Shown here: piece by piece, positions 46,885-59,769 of the stretch
Position numbering within the stretch: the first letter of the stretch is position 1
Layout: each line of letters begins with the position of its first letter
Assembly: GCA_963920595.1 (NCBI GenBank)
Contig: OY986946.1
Location: forward strand, 5,456,001-5,520,000
Source of the DNA: Eimeria praecox
Taxonomy: Eukaryota
Direction of reading: 5' to 3'
Length of the DNA stretch: 64,000 nt
The notes under the pieces: generated by a model
Database searches by the model: none
What the model was told of the DNA's origin: nothing
The model's input: the letters and a program-made list of their open reading frames with translations, nothing else
Position numbers and translations under genes: made by a program

Positions 46885-47821
46885 CGTAGCTAGCTAGCCA
46901 AGCAACCCCCCAACTAGCTAGCTAGCTAGCTAGCTAGCTAGCTAGCTAGCTAGGTCGTAGGCGCCTTGTTAACTACCCCGCCCAGTTAGCTAGCACTGCA
47001 GCAGCTGCTTCAACGGCTACACCCTAAGCTAGCTAGCTAGCTAGCTAGTTCGATAGCTAGCTAGCTAGCTAGGCAGTCAGCTAGCTAGTTAAGAGGCTCG
47101 CTAGCTAACTAGTTAAGTGAGAGAGTACGGGCTGACGGCGTCGCCCCCAACCTGCTGCTGCTGCTGTAACGGCCCGAGCCCGCCTTAGCTAGCTAGCTTA
47201 GCTAGCCAAGCTAGCTAGCTAGCCAGCTAGCTGCCCCTGGCGACTACCACTTAACCAGCAGCCAGCTGGCAGGTCGCGGCAGATCAGCCAGCTAGCTAGC
47301 TAGCTAGCTAGCCAGCTAGCTAGCTAGCTAGCCAGCTACCCCACCTACTGCCCGGACGTCGTTGTGTCTACGTAGCTAGCTAGCTAGCCAGCTAGCTACC
47401 CGCCCTGTCCCCGTCTACGTAATCAGCTAGCCCGCCAGCTAGCTAATTAGCTAGCTACCCATCCAGCCACTGTCTACACAGCCGGCTAGCCAGCTAGCTA
47501 ACTAACCAGCCCCCCGTCCCCTCACCGTCTACGTAGCTAGCCAGCCAGCTAGCCAGCTAGCTAGCTAGCTGCCCCGCCGCTGTCTCCACAGCCGGCTAGC
47601 TAGCTAAGTGTGTCTAAGTGACTAGCTAGCTAGCTAGCTAGCTAGCCAACTGTCCCGCTACTGTCTACACAGCCGGCTAGCTAGCTAAGTGTGTCTAAGT
47701 GGCTGGCTAGCTAGCTAGCTAGCCAGCTAGCCAACTGCCCCGCTACTGTCTACACAGCCGGCTAGCTAGCTAAGTGTGTCTAAGTGACTGGCTAGCTAGC
47801 TAGCTAGCTAGCTAGCCAGCC
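46885..47821. repeat. GC-rich (TAGC)n palindrome domain with ~80-bp internal subrepeats (TGTCTACACAGCCGGCTAGCTAGCTAAGTGTGTCTAAGTG)
   Basis: Read directly. Lies between the convergent 3' ends of the hypothetical gene and SO7; subrepeats start near 47581, 47662 and 47747. Confidence 0.9.
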
Positions 47822-47938
47822 AGATTTATCTATATAAGACACAAAACACAAAGAGAGGCGTCAGAAACCTGATAATAAAAGTTTTCGGGTATGACCTGAA
47901 GGAGCTGCTGCCGCCGCTGCTGCTGCTGCTGCTGCTGT

Positions 47939-47972
<34 letters not shown>

Positions 47973-48679
47973 TCCTCGCTCAGGGAGATAAACAACCCCC
48001 TGAGCAGTGACACCTGACGGTTCGTGCTGCTGCTGCTGCTGCTGCTGCAGCTGCTGCTGTGTCTGTCTCCAACTGTCTCCTTCGTCTCTCCTGTCTCCTG
48101 TCTCCTTATATTCTCTGTCTCTCTGCTCGCTGCTGCTGCAGCACGTAGTTGTATAAAATATAAATATATAATTTATATTATAATATACAAACATAAACAA
48201 ACAAACAGCAAAACCTGAAGAGGAGAGAGACAACAAGAGAGAGACAGTAGATACAAAAGCGCAGCAGGAGAACATCAACAACAGCAGCAACTGCAGCAGC
48301 AACTGCAGCAGCAGCAGCAGCAACTGCTGCTGCTGCTACAGCAACACCCCCCGTCCTCAGCAGAAACAAACAACACCATATCTTCTGTCTCCAAGTCAAG
48401 TCAATCAGAACTTCTCTTTCCCGCAGCGCTAGTCCCTGCGGTGTCTGCGCAGCAGCAGCACTAAACAGCAGCAGCAGCAGCGGCTTTCACCTGCTGCTGC
48501 TGCTCCTGCTGCTGCTGCTGCTGCTGCTACTGTCCCCGTAAAAACATATATATATTAATATATAATAATATATAAATATATATATACTCGGCTCGCCCAT
48601 TAAATAATAATATAGAAAGAACGCCTCCAGCCAGCCCCATCAGATCAACACTGCATGCAACGAAAACTTTTGCTGCTGC

Positions 48680-48712
<33 letters not shown>

Positions 48713-48847
48713 AGTAGCTGCTGCAGCAACCTCATCATCAACCCCATCACCAGCATCGCCTTGTCGCTCTCAGTGTCTCTCTTCCCACCAGCACCAGCAA
48801 CCCCAACCTCAACTCGAACAGCATCAACTTCTGCTGCTGCTGTCCTA

Positions 48848-48888
<41 letters not shown>

Positions 48889-48895
48889 TGCTGCT

Positions 48896-49516
48896 CTACC
48901 AGAAGAAGCCTGACGACTGCTGCTCAGTAGCAGGGGGGGCCCCATAGCTGCTAGGTTGCTGTTGATGATAAGAAGGCTGACCATATCCTACAGAGGCCCT
49001 GCTGCTGCTTTGATATCCTCTTAAGAAGGAGCTGTATGTCTGATGTAACTTCTCTTGTGTGATAGGTACAGTGCTTAATATAATTTGTTTGCTATTTTCT
49101 ACTAGTAATAAACTTCTTGTAGCTGCAACCTTGCTAGCTTCTAGTAATGCTTCTAATAATAATTTTGATGCTCTCAATAGATATTCCCCTCCCTGTTTGC
49201 CCGCTTCTATACTTTGATGTACATCATTCTTATCTAATAAACATAAACAAGAAGAAGACGGGGCCTTACCTTGTGCTATACATGTTGTTAAATGCTCTAA
49301 ACCTAGACGCATGCAGCTAGCTAGCTTCCCTATCACAAACGTTATCTCTTGAAGGAACCGTTCTAACTCGCTCACGCCTTCTCCTAGTTTATGTCTACAG
49401 TCCCCCCACGCTGTTCCTGGTGCTGCTTTAGGCAGCCTCTCTCCCTCTGCAGGTAGATCTACTGCTGCTACTGCACCTACAACACCTCCTACTAAACCGC
49501 TGAAGAAATCGGACAT
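48896..49516 (-). CDS. SO7: SO7 refractile-body antigen (Eimeria), 206 aa, intronless
   Basis: MSDFFSGLVGGVVGAVAAVDLPAEGER...APGTAW...KLASCMRLG...SIEAGKQG..LLRASKLLLEALLE..VAATR.LLLVE...TQEKL..YSSFLRGYQ...QQQPSSYGAPPA..SGFFW is colinear with the E. tenella SO7 sequence as recalled (MADLFSGLVGGVVGAVAAADLPAEGER...SGFFW). Confidence 0.93.
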   Translation of the reverse strand: MSDFFSGLVGGVVGAVAAVDLPAEGERLPKAAPGTAWGDCRHKLGEGVSELERFLQEITFVIGKLASCMRLGLEHLTTCIAQGKAPSSSCLCLLDKNDVHQSIEAGKQGGEYLLRASKLLLEALLEASKVAATRSLLLVENSKQIILSTVPITQEKLHQTYSSFLRGYQSSSRASVGYGQPSYHQQQPSSYGAPPATEQQSSGFFW

Positions 49517-50155
49517 CTTCGAGAGAGAAGAAAGAAGAAAGAGACAGACAACACAAACAAAAAATTAAACTCGGTGATGTTGTTGAGAGCCTGCTGCTGC
49601 TGCTGTTGCTGCTGCTGCTGTTGATGCTGCTGCTGTTCTTGTTGTTGTAGAACGAGCACAAGACAGAGAAAGAAAGAAAGAGAAGAGCAAATATATAATT
49701 TAATATACTTTACAAGAGTAGTTAGATCTAACCTGAATGGTAGTTGTTGTTGTTGTTTTCGTTTTATTTATTTGTAGACAAGAAGACAGAAGAAAGTGTT
49801 TGTTCTGCTGCTCTTCCTTACACAGAGAGCTGCATATACACCACACACTGACACCCTTCGTGAGACGGGGGAATTGATGCTGCTGCTGCTGCTGCAGCAG
49901 CAGCAGCAGCAGCGAACGCTACTCTGCTTCCAAGCATCGCAGCAGCGCGCTACGTCGCGCTCTGTCTCTCTCTCTCTCTCTCCTTCTTTGTAGATTTGTT
50001 TTATTATTTGTCTCTGTTTCTTTATGTTTTATGCTTTAAATTATTTTATTTATTAACTACAATAAATATAAATAAAATAAAAATTAAAAAAAATAGTAAA
50101 AAAGATAGAAAAAGAAAGAAGAAATACACAAATTGAGACGGAGACGCACACACTA

Positions 50156-50214
<59 letters not shown>

Positions 50215-50739
50215 CACATAGGAATTGTAACTAACGACAGAATAGACAATAGACCTTAATTGACATCTTATAAAATATAATTAATTTATATCATTTAATA
50301 TTTTAATTTTAATATATTTAATCTTCAAAACAAACAAAGACAAGAAAATTTAAAAAAACTGCTGAGGTGTACGTACACCTCAATTGTTTATACGTGTCAG
50401 TGAGACGAAGGAGACAGAGAGAGAGCGAGAGACAGAAAATATATATAAATATCTCTACTACGAATTGATTTAATATAAATATATATTTTAATATTAATTA
50501 TAATATTTATTTTATTATATATTTATTTATTTAGAGAGAAGTAGAGACAGATATAGCTACACAAACATAGTTGTTGAGACGATGTTGTATATTCTTTCTT
50601 TCTTTCTTTCTTTCTTTCATTCATATAAACAATAGAAATAAATATATTTATTAATTTATTTTATTTAAACATATCTTTACTGTTCTTATTATTTATATAA
50701 AACAGGTTGAGGTGTATAGACACCTCATCTTTCTATCAA

Positions 50740-50771
<32 letters not shown>

Positions 50772-51184
50772 AAGTGTATATACACCTCAGAAGTAATTGC
50801 ACACATTATTTTGGATGCACAAATCTAAATTTATTTATTTTTAGTTTATTTCTTCTTAAGGAGATAGTAGAGAGAAGAATATCGTTGTTGGTGGTGTGTC
50901 GCTGCTGCTGCTGCTGCTACTGCTGCTGCAGCTGCAGCAGCACTGCTGCAGCTTCTGCTGCTCCTTCTGTTATTACTGCTGCTGCTCGTGCTATTTCGCT
51001 GCTGCTGCAGCTTAGACCCTGCCTTGCTTGAGGGGGCTTCTGTCTCTGTCTCCTCTGTCTCCTCTGTCTCTGTCTCTGTCTCCTTCTCTGTCTCTCTGTC
51101 TCTTTCTCTGTCTCTCTGTCTCCTTTCTATCTGCGCTCAACGGATAGTGTGTTGCTAGTTGCTGCTAGCAGCACTTGAGAGGAG

Positions 51185-51236
51185 ATGAATAGCAGCAACA
51201 GCAGCAGCAACAATGGCAGCAGCAGCAGCAGCAACA

Positions 51237-51269
<33 letters not shown>

Positions 51270-51861
51270 ATTTATTTCAGAATCATTCTGTGGGGTGTGG
51301 ATACAGCAGCATACCACGACGAGGGATAGGAGGAGGATATAGCAGCACTGCAGCAGGACTGTCTCCTGCTGCTGCTGCTCCTGCTGCTGCTGCTGCTCCT
51401 GCTGCTGCTGCTGCTGCTTCAGGTGTACCTGCAGCTTATTGGGCGTATCCACCTCAAGGTGCACCAACGCATGCGTGGGGTTCTCCTGCTGCTGCTGCTG
51501 CTGCTGCTGCAGCAGCAGCAGCAGGAGCAGCAGCAGCAGGAGGGTGTTTAGATGCAGCCAATGTTGCTTATGAGAGCGAAGTAGCTATCATTCATTTTGT
51601 TGTTTATTTTGTTTGTTTCTTGGCTTCTCTCTCTCTTTATTTTAATTATATTATTTTAGAGGCACATGTCTTTGCTTTGTTCTGGGCTGTTGTATTCTCT
51701 ATACCCCTTAGAGCTGTTGTTGCTGCTATTGTAGGACCGGATCCTCCTCCTCCCCCTCCTGCTGCTCCTGCTGCTGCTGCTGCTGCTCCTGCTGCTGCTG
51801 CTGCTGCGCCAGCAGATGCTGCTGCTGTTGCGGCAGCGGCAGATGCTGAGGAGAAAAACTC

Positions 51862-51894
<33 letters not shown>

Positions 51895-51958
51895 AGAGAA
51901 GCAAAATGCTGCTGCTGTTGGTGCCATACTCCCCGCGATATGTAGTCAGTCGCACGAC

Positions 51959-52011
<53 letters not shown>

Positions 52012-52281
52012 GCAGCTGTCTCCACTGAGGGAGCGCAGCGTTGAAGAAGCTGCTGCTTCCTTCCCTTCAACTGCAGCAGGAGGCCTGCAGAAAGAGACAG
52101 AGGAGACAGCAGCAGCAGCAGCAGCAGCAGCAGCAAAGAAGAGAGCTATTCGCCTCAAATGGTCCCGAGATGCTGCAGCAAAGCAGCAGCAGCAGCAGCA
52201 CCTGCAGCAGCAGCAGCAGCAACAGCAACAGAAGCTGCTGCTGCTGAAACAGCAGCAAGAGTCAGGCCCACAAACGGATGA

Positions 52282-52312
<31 letters not shown>

Positions 52313-52341
52313 AGCAGCAGCAACAATGACAGTAGCAATAG

Positions 52342-52379
<38 letters not shown>

Positions 52380-54331
52380 TTAACAACAACGACAGCAGCA
52401 TTAACAACAACGACAGCAGCAGCAACAACAACGACAGCAGCAGCAGCAGCAACAGCAACAGCTGCAGCACTGCGACGGAGGCAAAGCCCACAGCCACAGC
52501 AACAGCCCCAGCAGCAGCGACAGCAGCAGCAGCAGCAGCTGCAGCAGCAGCAGCAGCAACAGCAGATACCCGTCGCCGCAGCGGGGCAGCAGCAGCAGCT
52601 GCGCCGCTGCAGCGGTGGTCCTCAGCAGCAGAGACAGCAGCAGCTCCGGTGTCTGTACACCCCAGCAAGAAGAGGAGACAGCAAGAAGAAGAGGGTCTCC
52701 TATCACACTCTTTACAGGTTGAATATAACAGCAGCAACAGCAGCAGCAACAGCAGCAGCAGCAGCAGCAGCAAGAGCAGCAGCAGCAGCAAGAGCAGCAG
52801 CAAGAGGAGGAAGGGAATTTGGTTGTTAGATTGTCTGCAGCATCGTGTCGATAATATATTTAATTTTTTATTAACATCTCTGTCTCTTCGTGTCTTGTTT
52901 TCTTCTGTTTATTTGCTGCTGCTGCCGCTGCAGCAGCTGCTGCTAGCAGCAAATGTGAAGCAGCCAAGTCAACCATGGTTTGGATTGCTGCACCGCTGCT
53001 GCTTGCTGCTGCTGCTGCATCGTGTCTTCTTCTCTTCGTTTACAATACAAGAAATAATAAAAACAACTGCAGCAGTGCTGCTGCTGCTGCTGCTGCTCGA
53101 GTTGCTGCTGCTGCCCATTAGAGGGAGACGCATATTTAGAGGTGATGCTGTCAGGTAAGAAAGGAGGAGACAGTTTAGATTAGAGAAGGGAGGAGACAGT
53201 TTAAATTGAAGGAGACAGTTTAGATTAGAGAAGGGAGGGGACAGTTTATAGTAAAGGAGACAGTTTAGATTAGAGAAGGGAGGAGACAGTTTAAATTGAA
53301 GGAGACAGTTTAGTTTATATTGAAGGGGACAGTTTAGATTAGAGAGAGGAGGAGACAGTTTATATTAAAGGAGACAGTTTAGTTTATATTAAAGGAGACA
53401 GTTTAGATTAGAGAGAGGAGGAGACAGTTTATATTAAAGGGGACAGTTAATATTAAAGGAGACAGTTTAGATTAGAGAAGGGAGGAGACAGTTTAAATTA
53501 AAGGAGACAGTTTATATTAGAAAAAGGAGGAGACAGTTAATATTAGAGAGAGGAGGAGACAGTTTATATTAAAGGAGACAGTTTAAAGTAAAGGAGACAG
53601 TTTATATTAGAGAAAGGAGGAGACAGTTTATAGTAAAGGAGACAGTTTATATTAGAGAAGGGAGGAGACAGTTTAAATTAAAGGAGACAGTTTAGTTTAT
53701 ATTAAAGGGGACAGTTTAGATTAGAGAAGGGAGGAGACAGTTTATAGTAAAGGAGACAGTTTAGTTTATATTAAAGGAGACAGTTTAAATTAAAGGAGAC
53801 AGTTTATATTAGAGAAAGGAGGAGACAGTTTATATTAAAGGAGACAGTTTATATTAAAGGAGACAGTTTAGATTAGAGAAGGGAGGAGACAGTTTATAGT
53901 AAAGGAGACAGTTTGGTTTATATTAAAGGAGACAGTTTATATTAAAGGGGACAGTTTAGATTAGAGAAAGGAGGAGACAGTTAATATTAAAGGAGACAGT
54001 TAATATTAGAGAAAGGAGGAGACAGTTAAGATTAGAGGAGACAGTTAATGTTAGAGAAGGGGGGAGACAGTTTAAATTAAAGGAGACAATTAAGATTAGA
54101 GAAAGGAGGAGACAGTTAAGATTAGAGGAAGGAGACAGTTAGTATTAGAGAAAGGAGACAGTTAAGATCAGAGAAAGGAGACAGTTAGTATCATATAGAG
54201 AGAGATACAGATATAGATATATCGATATAGATATAGATATGCATGCAATATATCTATAAATTTATATCTATCTATATCTATTTATATCTATATCTATATC
54301 TATATATATCTATGTCTCTCTCTCTCTCTCT

Positions 54332-54410
<79 letters not shown>

Positions 54411-54455
54411 AAACCTACTACAATATATCTAACACAGCTATCTATCTATAGTGTA

Positions 54456-54498
<43 letters not shown>

Positions 54499-54987
54499 GT
54501 GTGTGTGTGTGTGTGTCTGCAGGGTGTGGCCTCGTTTGTTTGTGTTTCGATTATGTATATCTTCTTCTTCTGCTCGGGTGTATGTACGCCCGTTAGTGAG
54601 TATATTGGTAATATGTTTATTTTTTTTATCTGCTTTATTAATAAGTTTTTTCTTTTGTTTTAATATATATACGGAGATATCTACGATATGGACATGTCTC
54701 CAAAATATATTAGAGATATATTTTATACAGGTTGATGGTTTTAAACAAACTTACGCTCGCATATCTTCTCTTATCAGCCATCAACAACATGGTCTTGCTG
54801 CTGCTGCTGCAGCAGCAGCTGCTGCTGCTGCTGCTACTGCAGCAGATACAGCTACACCAAACATCCCTTCTCTTCCTTCGCTGCTTCCTCCTGCTGCTGC
54901 TGCTGGGGCTGCTGCAGCAGCAGAAACACAAACACCTAATACACTCGCAGGCCTCTTTGCTGCTGCTGCTGCTTCTGCTGTACGCAA

Positions 54988-55031
<44 letters not shown>

Positions 55032-55188
55032 ATTGGGGGGGGTCGAATACTGCTGCTATGCTGTTGGGGGAAAGCTTTGAGAGGTACTCAGATCTATGGA
55101 GAGACATTCAAGGCCTTGCGTCTGCTGCTTCAGCAGCAAATACAACAGCAGCAGCAGCAGCAGCAGCAGAAACAGCAGCAGCAGCAGA

Positions 55189-55221
<33 letters not shown>

Positions 55222-55317
55222 CTCACGTACGTCAAGCGCATCAGGCTTGCTGCCCTTTGGAGATTCTGCTGCAGCTAAACAACTCACAGATAACAATGGC
55301 AGCAGCACGAAAGACCT

Positions 55318-55352
<35 letters not shown>

Positions 55353-55447
55353 TGGAGGAGGAGGTAGAGGGGTTAGGCCTCTCAAGACCTGTAAGAGAGA
55401 TTTTGTATGACCTCGATGTCTGTCTCCTCTTGCAGCCTCCTGAACAG

Positions 55448-55488
<41 letters not shown>

Positions 55489-57119
55489 GCAGGAATCATA
55501 CTCAGCAGCATGTACAGCAACGGATGCATGCGAACCCAAGGGCACTACTATAGAAGAAGAGAGGTTGAGGGGCCCCTCAGGGGGCCCCTCAATGGGGGGC
55601 CCCTTAGGTTCCCCCCCCCATAATCTATTAAATATTGAAAACGTTAGGAAAGGAGACAGTCTAATTTCTTCTTCTTCTCCTTCTGCTGCTGCTGCTGCTG
55701 CTGCTGCTTCTTATGGAGGCTTACCGGGGCCCTTCCTGTCTCTTCTGCACGATGATATCGTGCAAACCTGTGCAGACCCATGGGCCCCCATAGGAGTAAT
55801 TGGGGGGCCCCCAGGTGGGGGGCCCCCAGGGGGGGGGGCCCCCCAAGGGGGGCCCCCAGGGGGGGGCCCCCAAGGTAGGGGACGCCTACAGGGTCTGTAT
55901 AGAAGAGGTTTACGAGCTCCTTCGTTAGGTTTTTTGTTTGCTGCAGCAGAATATAAGGAGAATAATCGTAAGAGAGAGAAGAGTAAGGGTTTGTGGGGTT
56001 TATCTTATTTGAGGGGACTGTCTCTTTCTTTCGTTGAAGTACATTTATCTAATGCTGCTGAGTTTATATCATTATTAATATCGGGAGATTTTTTGAAAGC
56101 AGCCAATAAAGCTGTGAAAGCCTCACAAGAAGTATATAATCTAACAAGGAAAGCGTGGGGGAAGTATCTAACACAACATACTCATACTCTACTATCATGG
56201 GCCTTTAATAGCGGGCAAGATAAACCCTAAACCCTAAACCCTAAACCCTAAACCCTAAACCCTAGCCTTAAAACCCTAGGTTGTAGTACGAGAAATGTGT
56301 GGGGGGAAGTATCTAACACAACATACTCATACTCTACTATCATGGGCCTTTAATAGCGGGCAAGATAAACCCTAAACCCTAAACCCTAAACCCTAAACCC
56401 TAAACCCTAAGAATATTAAACCCTAGGTTGTAGTACGAGAAATGTGTGGGGGAAGTATCTAACACAACATACTCATACTCTACTATCATGGGCCTTTAAT
56501 AGCGGGCAAGATAAACCCTAAACCCTAAACCCTAAACCCTAAACCCTAGCCTTAAAACCCTAGGTTGTAGTACGAGAAATGTGTGGGGGGAAGTATCTAA
56601 CACAACATACTCATACTCTACTATCATGGGCTTTTAATAGCGGGCAAGATAAACCCTAAACCCTAAACCCTAAACCCTAAACTCTAACTACATACACATG
56701 CTACTGTCCTTCCTTTGGCTGTTTTTAAATAGAGGAAAAGACAAACCCTAAACCCTAGAGAAAGTCGAAACCCCTCGCGTATGTCGTGGGCACGTGGGCT
56801 GATAGATCAGAATTCGGAGTGAGGGTTTAGGGTTTAGGGTTTAGGGTTTAGGGTTTAGGGTTTAGGGTTGGGATTCGCAGGTATGGGGCTTGGAGGGTCT
56901 TCTGTTTTGTCGTGGCATTCCTTCTTCGCTTCTTCCTCTCGGCGTTCGACCTCCTCGTTCAGGTGTCTAGGGTTTAGGGTTTAGGGTTTAGGGTTTAGGG
57001 TTTAGGGTCTAGGGTTTAGGGTTTAGGGTTTAGGGTTTAGGGTTTAGGGTTTAGTGTAGGGCTAGAACCACAGTGCCATCCTCAGCTTCTGCATTCCCAT
57101 GAACGCTGCTGCTGCTGCT

Positions 57120-57154
<35 letters not shown>

Positions 57155-57163
57155 ACAACAGCA

Positions 57164-57200
<37 letters not shown>

Positions 57201-59533
57201 CAGGAGCAGCAGCAGCATTAGTAAGTTTGTGTATTTGGGGTGTACGTTGAGTTTGTGTAGTAAGTAGTTTTTGTACTTTTTCATAAAATATTTTTTTCTA
57301 ATTTTTTTTAATAAAATAAAAATAAAAATAAAAAATAAAATAAAAATAAAATAAAATAATAATAAAGTAAAATAAAATAGGATAAATTTAATAACCCTTT
57401 CTTAATTATGTTTGTTTCTTCTTTATTTATTGTGTGTGTAGTTTGTAGTATTTGTAGGGGCTTTGTATGCTCTTCTCTGTTCCCCTCGAAGCTCATTAGA
57501 TATAGTAGAAGAAGTTTTATGTGTTGTTGACTCCTCGGGTATAATATCTACTTCTCTTAATGAGAAGATTAGAGCAATCCTCTTCTCTTCTGTTAAAAAA
57601 ATCTGGTTCTACAGGTCCTATTAAACCCTAAACCCTAAACCCTAAACCCTAAACCCTAGGGTAACACAAAGAACCAAACCCTAAACCCTTAACCCTACTA
57701 AAACCAAAAAAAAATAAACCCTAAACCCTACTTTTTACAGAAAACCGAAACCCTAAACCCTAATACAAACCCTAAACCCTAAACCCTATTTTAAACCCTA
57801 AACCCTAAACCCTATTTCAAACCCTAAACCCTAAACCCTATTGTCAACCTAAACCCTTAACCCTAGAACCTAATGTTAACTTAAACCCTAAATTTTAAAC
57901 CCTAAATAAATCATAAAAGATAAACCCTAAGCCCTACATAAACCCTAATCCCTAAACCCTACATAAACCCTAACCCCTAAACCCTACATAGACCCTAACC
58001 CCTAAACCCTACATAAACCCTAAACCCTAAACCCTATTTTATACCCTAAACCCTACATAAACCCTAACCTCTAAACCCTGCTTAAATCGGAAGCCCGTAA
58101 CCGCAGACCCTAAATCCTACACAAACCCTAAACCCCAAACACCATACAAAGGCTAGACCCTAAACCCTAAACAAACACAAGAACGGTAAACCCTAAACCC
58201 CCAACAAAACCCTAAACCCTAAGCTCTAAACAAGCTTACAAACCCTAAACCCTACGTATCAAACAAGAATATCTAAACCCTAAACCCTAAACCCCCTCCC
58301 CCCGTCTGCCCTTCACCCCATCACATTACCTCTCTGCATGTAACAAACATGAAAACTTAAAAAATCTTAAAAATTTAAAACCTAAAGACTCTAAAGATTC
58401 TAGGGTTTAGGGTTTAGGGTTTAGGGTTTAGGGTTTAGGGTTTAGGGTTTAGGGTTTAGGGTTTAGGGTTTAGGGTTTAGGGTTTAGGGTTTGTGTGTGG
58501 TATTTGTGTGTGTATGTGTGTGTGTGTTTAGTTTATTTACTTGGTTTATATTTGAGTGTACAGGCATGCCTGTAGTGTATGTCCCCACAGCTGTCTCCTC
58601 TTTGTTAGCTTTACTCCCTCTCTTACCCCCGGAGACAATATCTATTATCCCTTCTCTTGTTCTTTGGTTTCGAGCAAGTCATGAAGAGGGGGGCCCCCAA
58701 ATAGAAGAAGAGGGGGGGGGCCCCTGGCTCGCCTCCCCGTATAGATTAGCTGCTCTGGCTGTACTGGGGGCGAACGCGTTCGTTACAAACCCTGAACCCT
58801 AATAAACCCTACTTAACCCTTATAAACCCTAGGAAACCCTAATAAACCCTAGGAAACCCTAGTAAACCCTACTAAGCCCTACTACTAAACCTACTGAACC
58901 CTATTAAACCCTACTGTACCCTACTATACCCTACTTAACCCTACTAAACCCTACTAAACCTTACTAAACCCTACTAAACCCTACTAGACCCTACTAGGCC
59001 CTACTAAACCCTACTAAACCCTACTAAACCCTACTAAACCCTACTAAAACCTACTAGACCCTACTAGACCCTATTAAACCCTACTAAACCCTATGAAACC
59101 CTACTAAACCCTGCTAGATACACACCAATAAACACAGCAACTACGCATGCATCCTTCCACAGCTCCATAAAGGAGTAAACGACAGGGTTTAGGGTTTAGG
59201 GTTTAGGGTTTAGGGTTTAGGGTTTGCAGGTTGGTTTGGTGGAACGTTACGACGTGTATATATCGAGAGATTCCTGATGCTAACCCCTGGCTGGTGGGGC
59301 TGTCTGCTGCTCTAGGCCTCTCAACCCTAGGCTTGAAGGGCATTATCTTAGGTAAACCCTAAACCCTAAACCCTAAACCCTAAACCCTAAACCCTAGAGA
59401 GGTTTAGGGTTTAGGGTTTAACACTTCCGGATACTATCATCTGTAGTAGGAGGAGCGTTGAAACCAATCTCTTTCGCGGGAAAGCTTTCGTGCTGCTGCA
59501 GCAAAGCACCAATAGCTGCTGCAGCAGCAACAG

Positions 59534-59570
<37 letters not shown>

Positions 59571-59718
59571 AGCAGCAGCAACAAGGGAGGTTAATCTACG
59601 CTTGTTTGTGTCTCCTTTTCAATTTGTTTCTCCCTTAATTGTTGCTGCTTCGAGGGTTTAAATTGTCTCCTTTGTTTATTGATCTCTGTGGGTTTGCTGC
59701 TGTTGCTGCTGCTGCTGT

Positions 59719-59769
<51 letters not shown>

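Noticed and set aside
47826..48650. Possible snoRNA or extra gene downstream of SO7
   Set aside because: Scattered CTGA/TGA boxes without a convincing C/D pair or terminal stem; the ORFs are repeat-derived.
57620..58492. Possible chromosome end or telomere fusion
   Set aside because: The repeats sit inside introns of an intact, phase-consistent gene, and interstitial AAACCCT is a known Eimeria feature.
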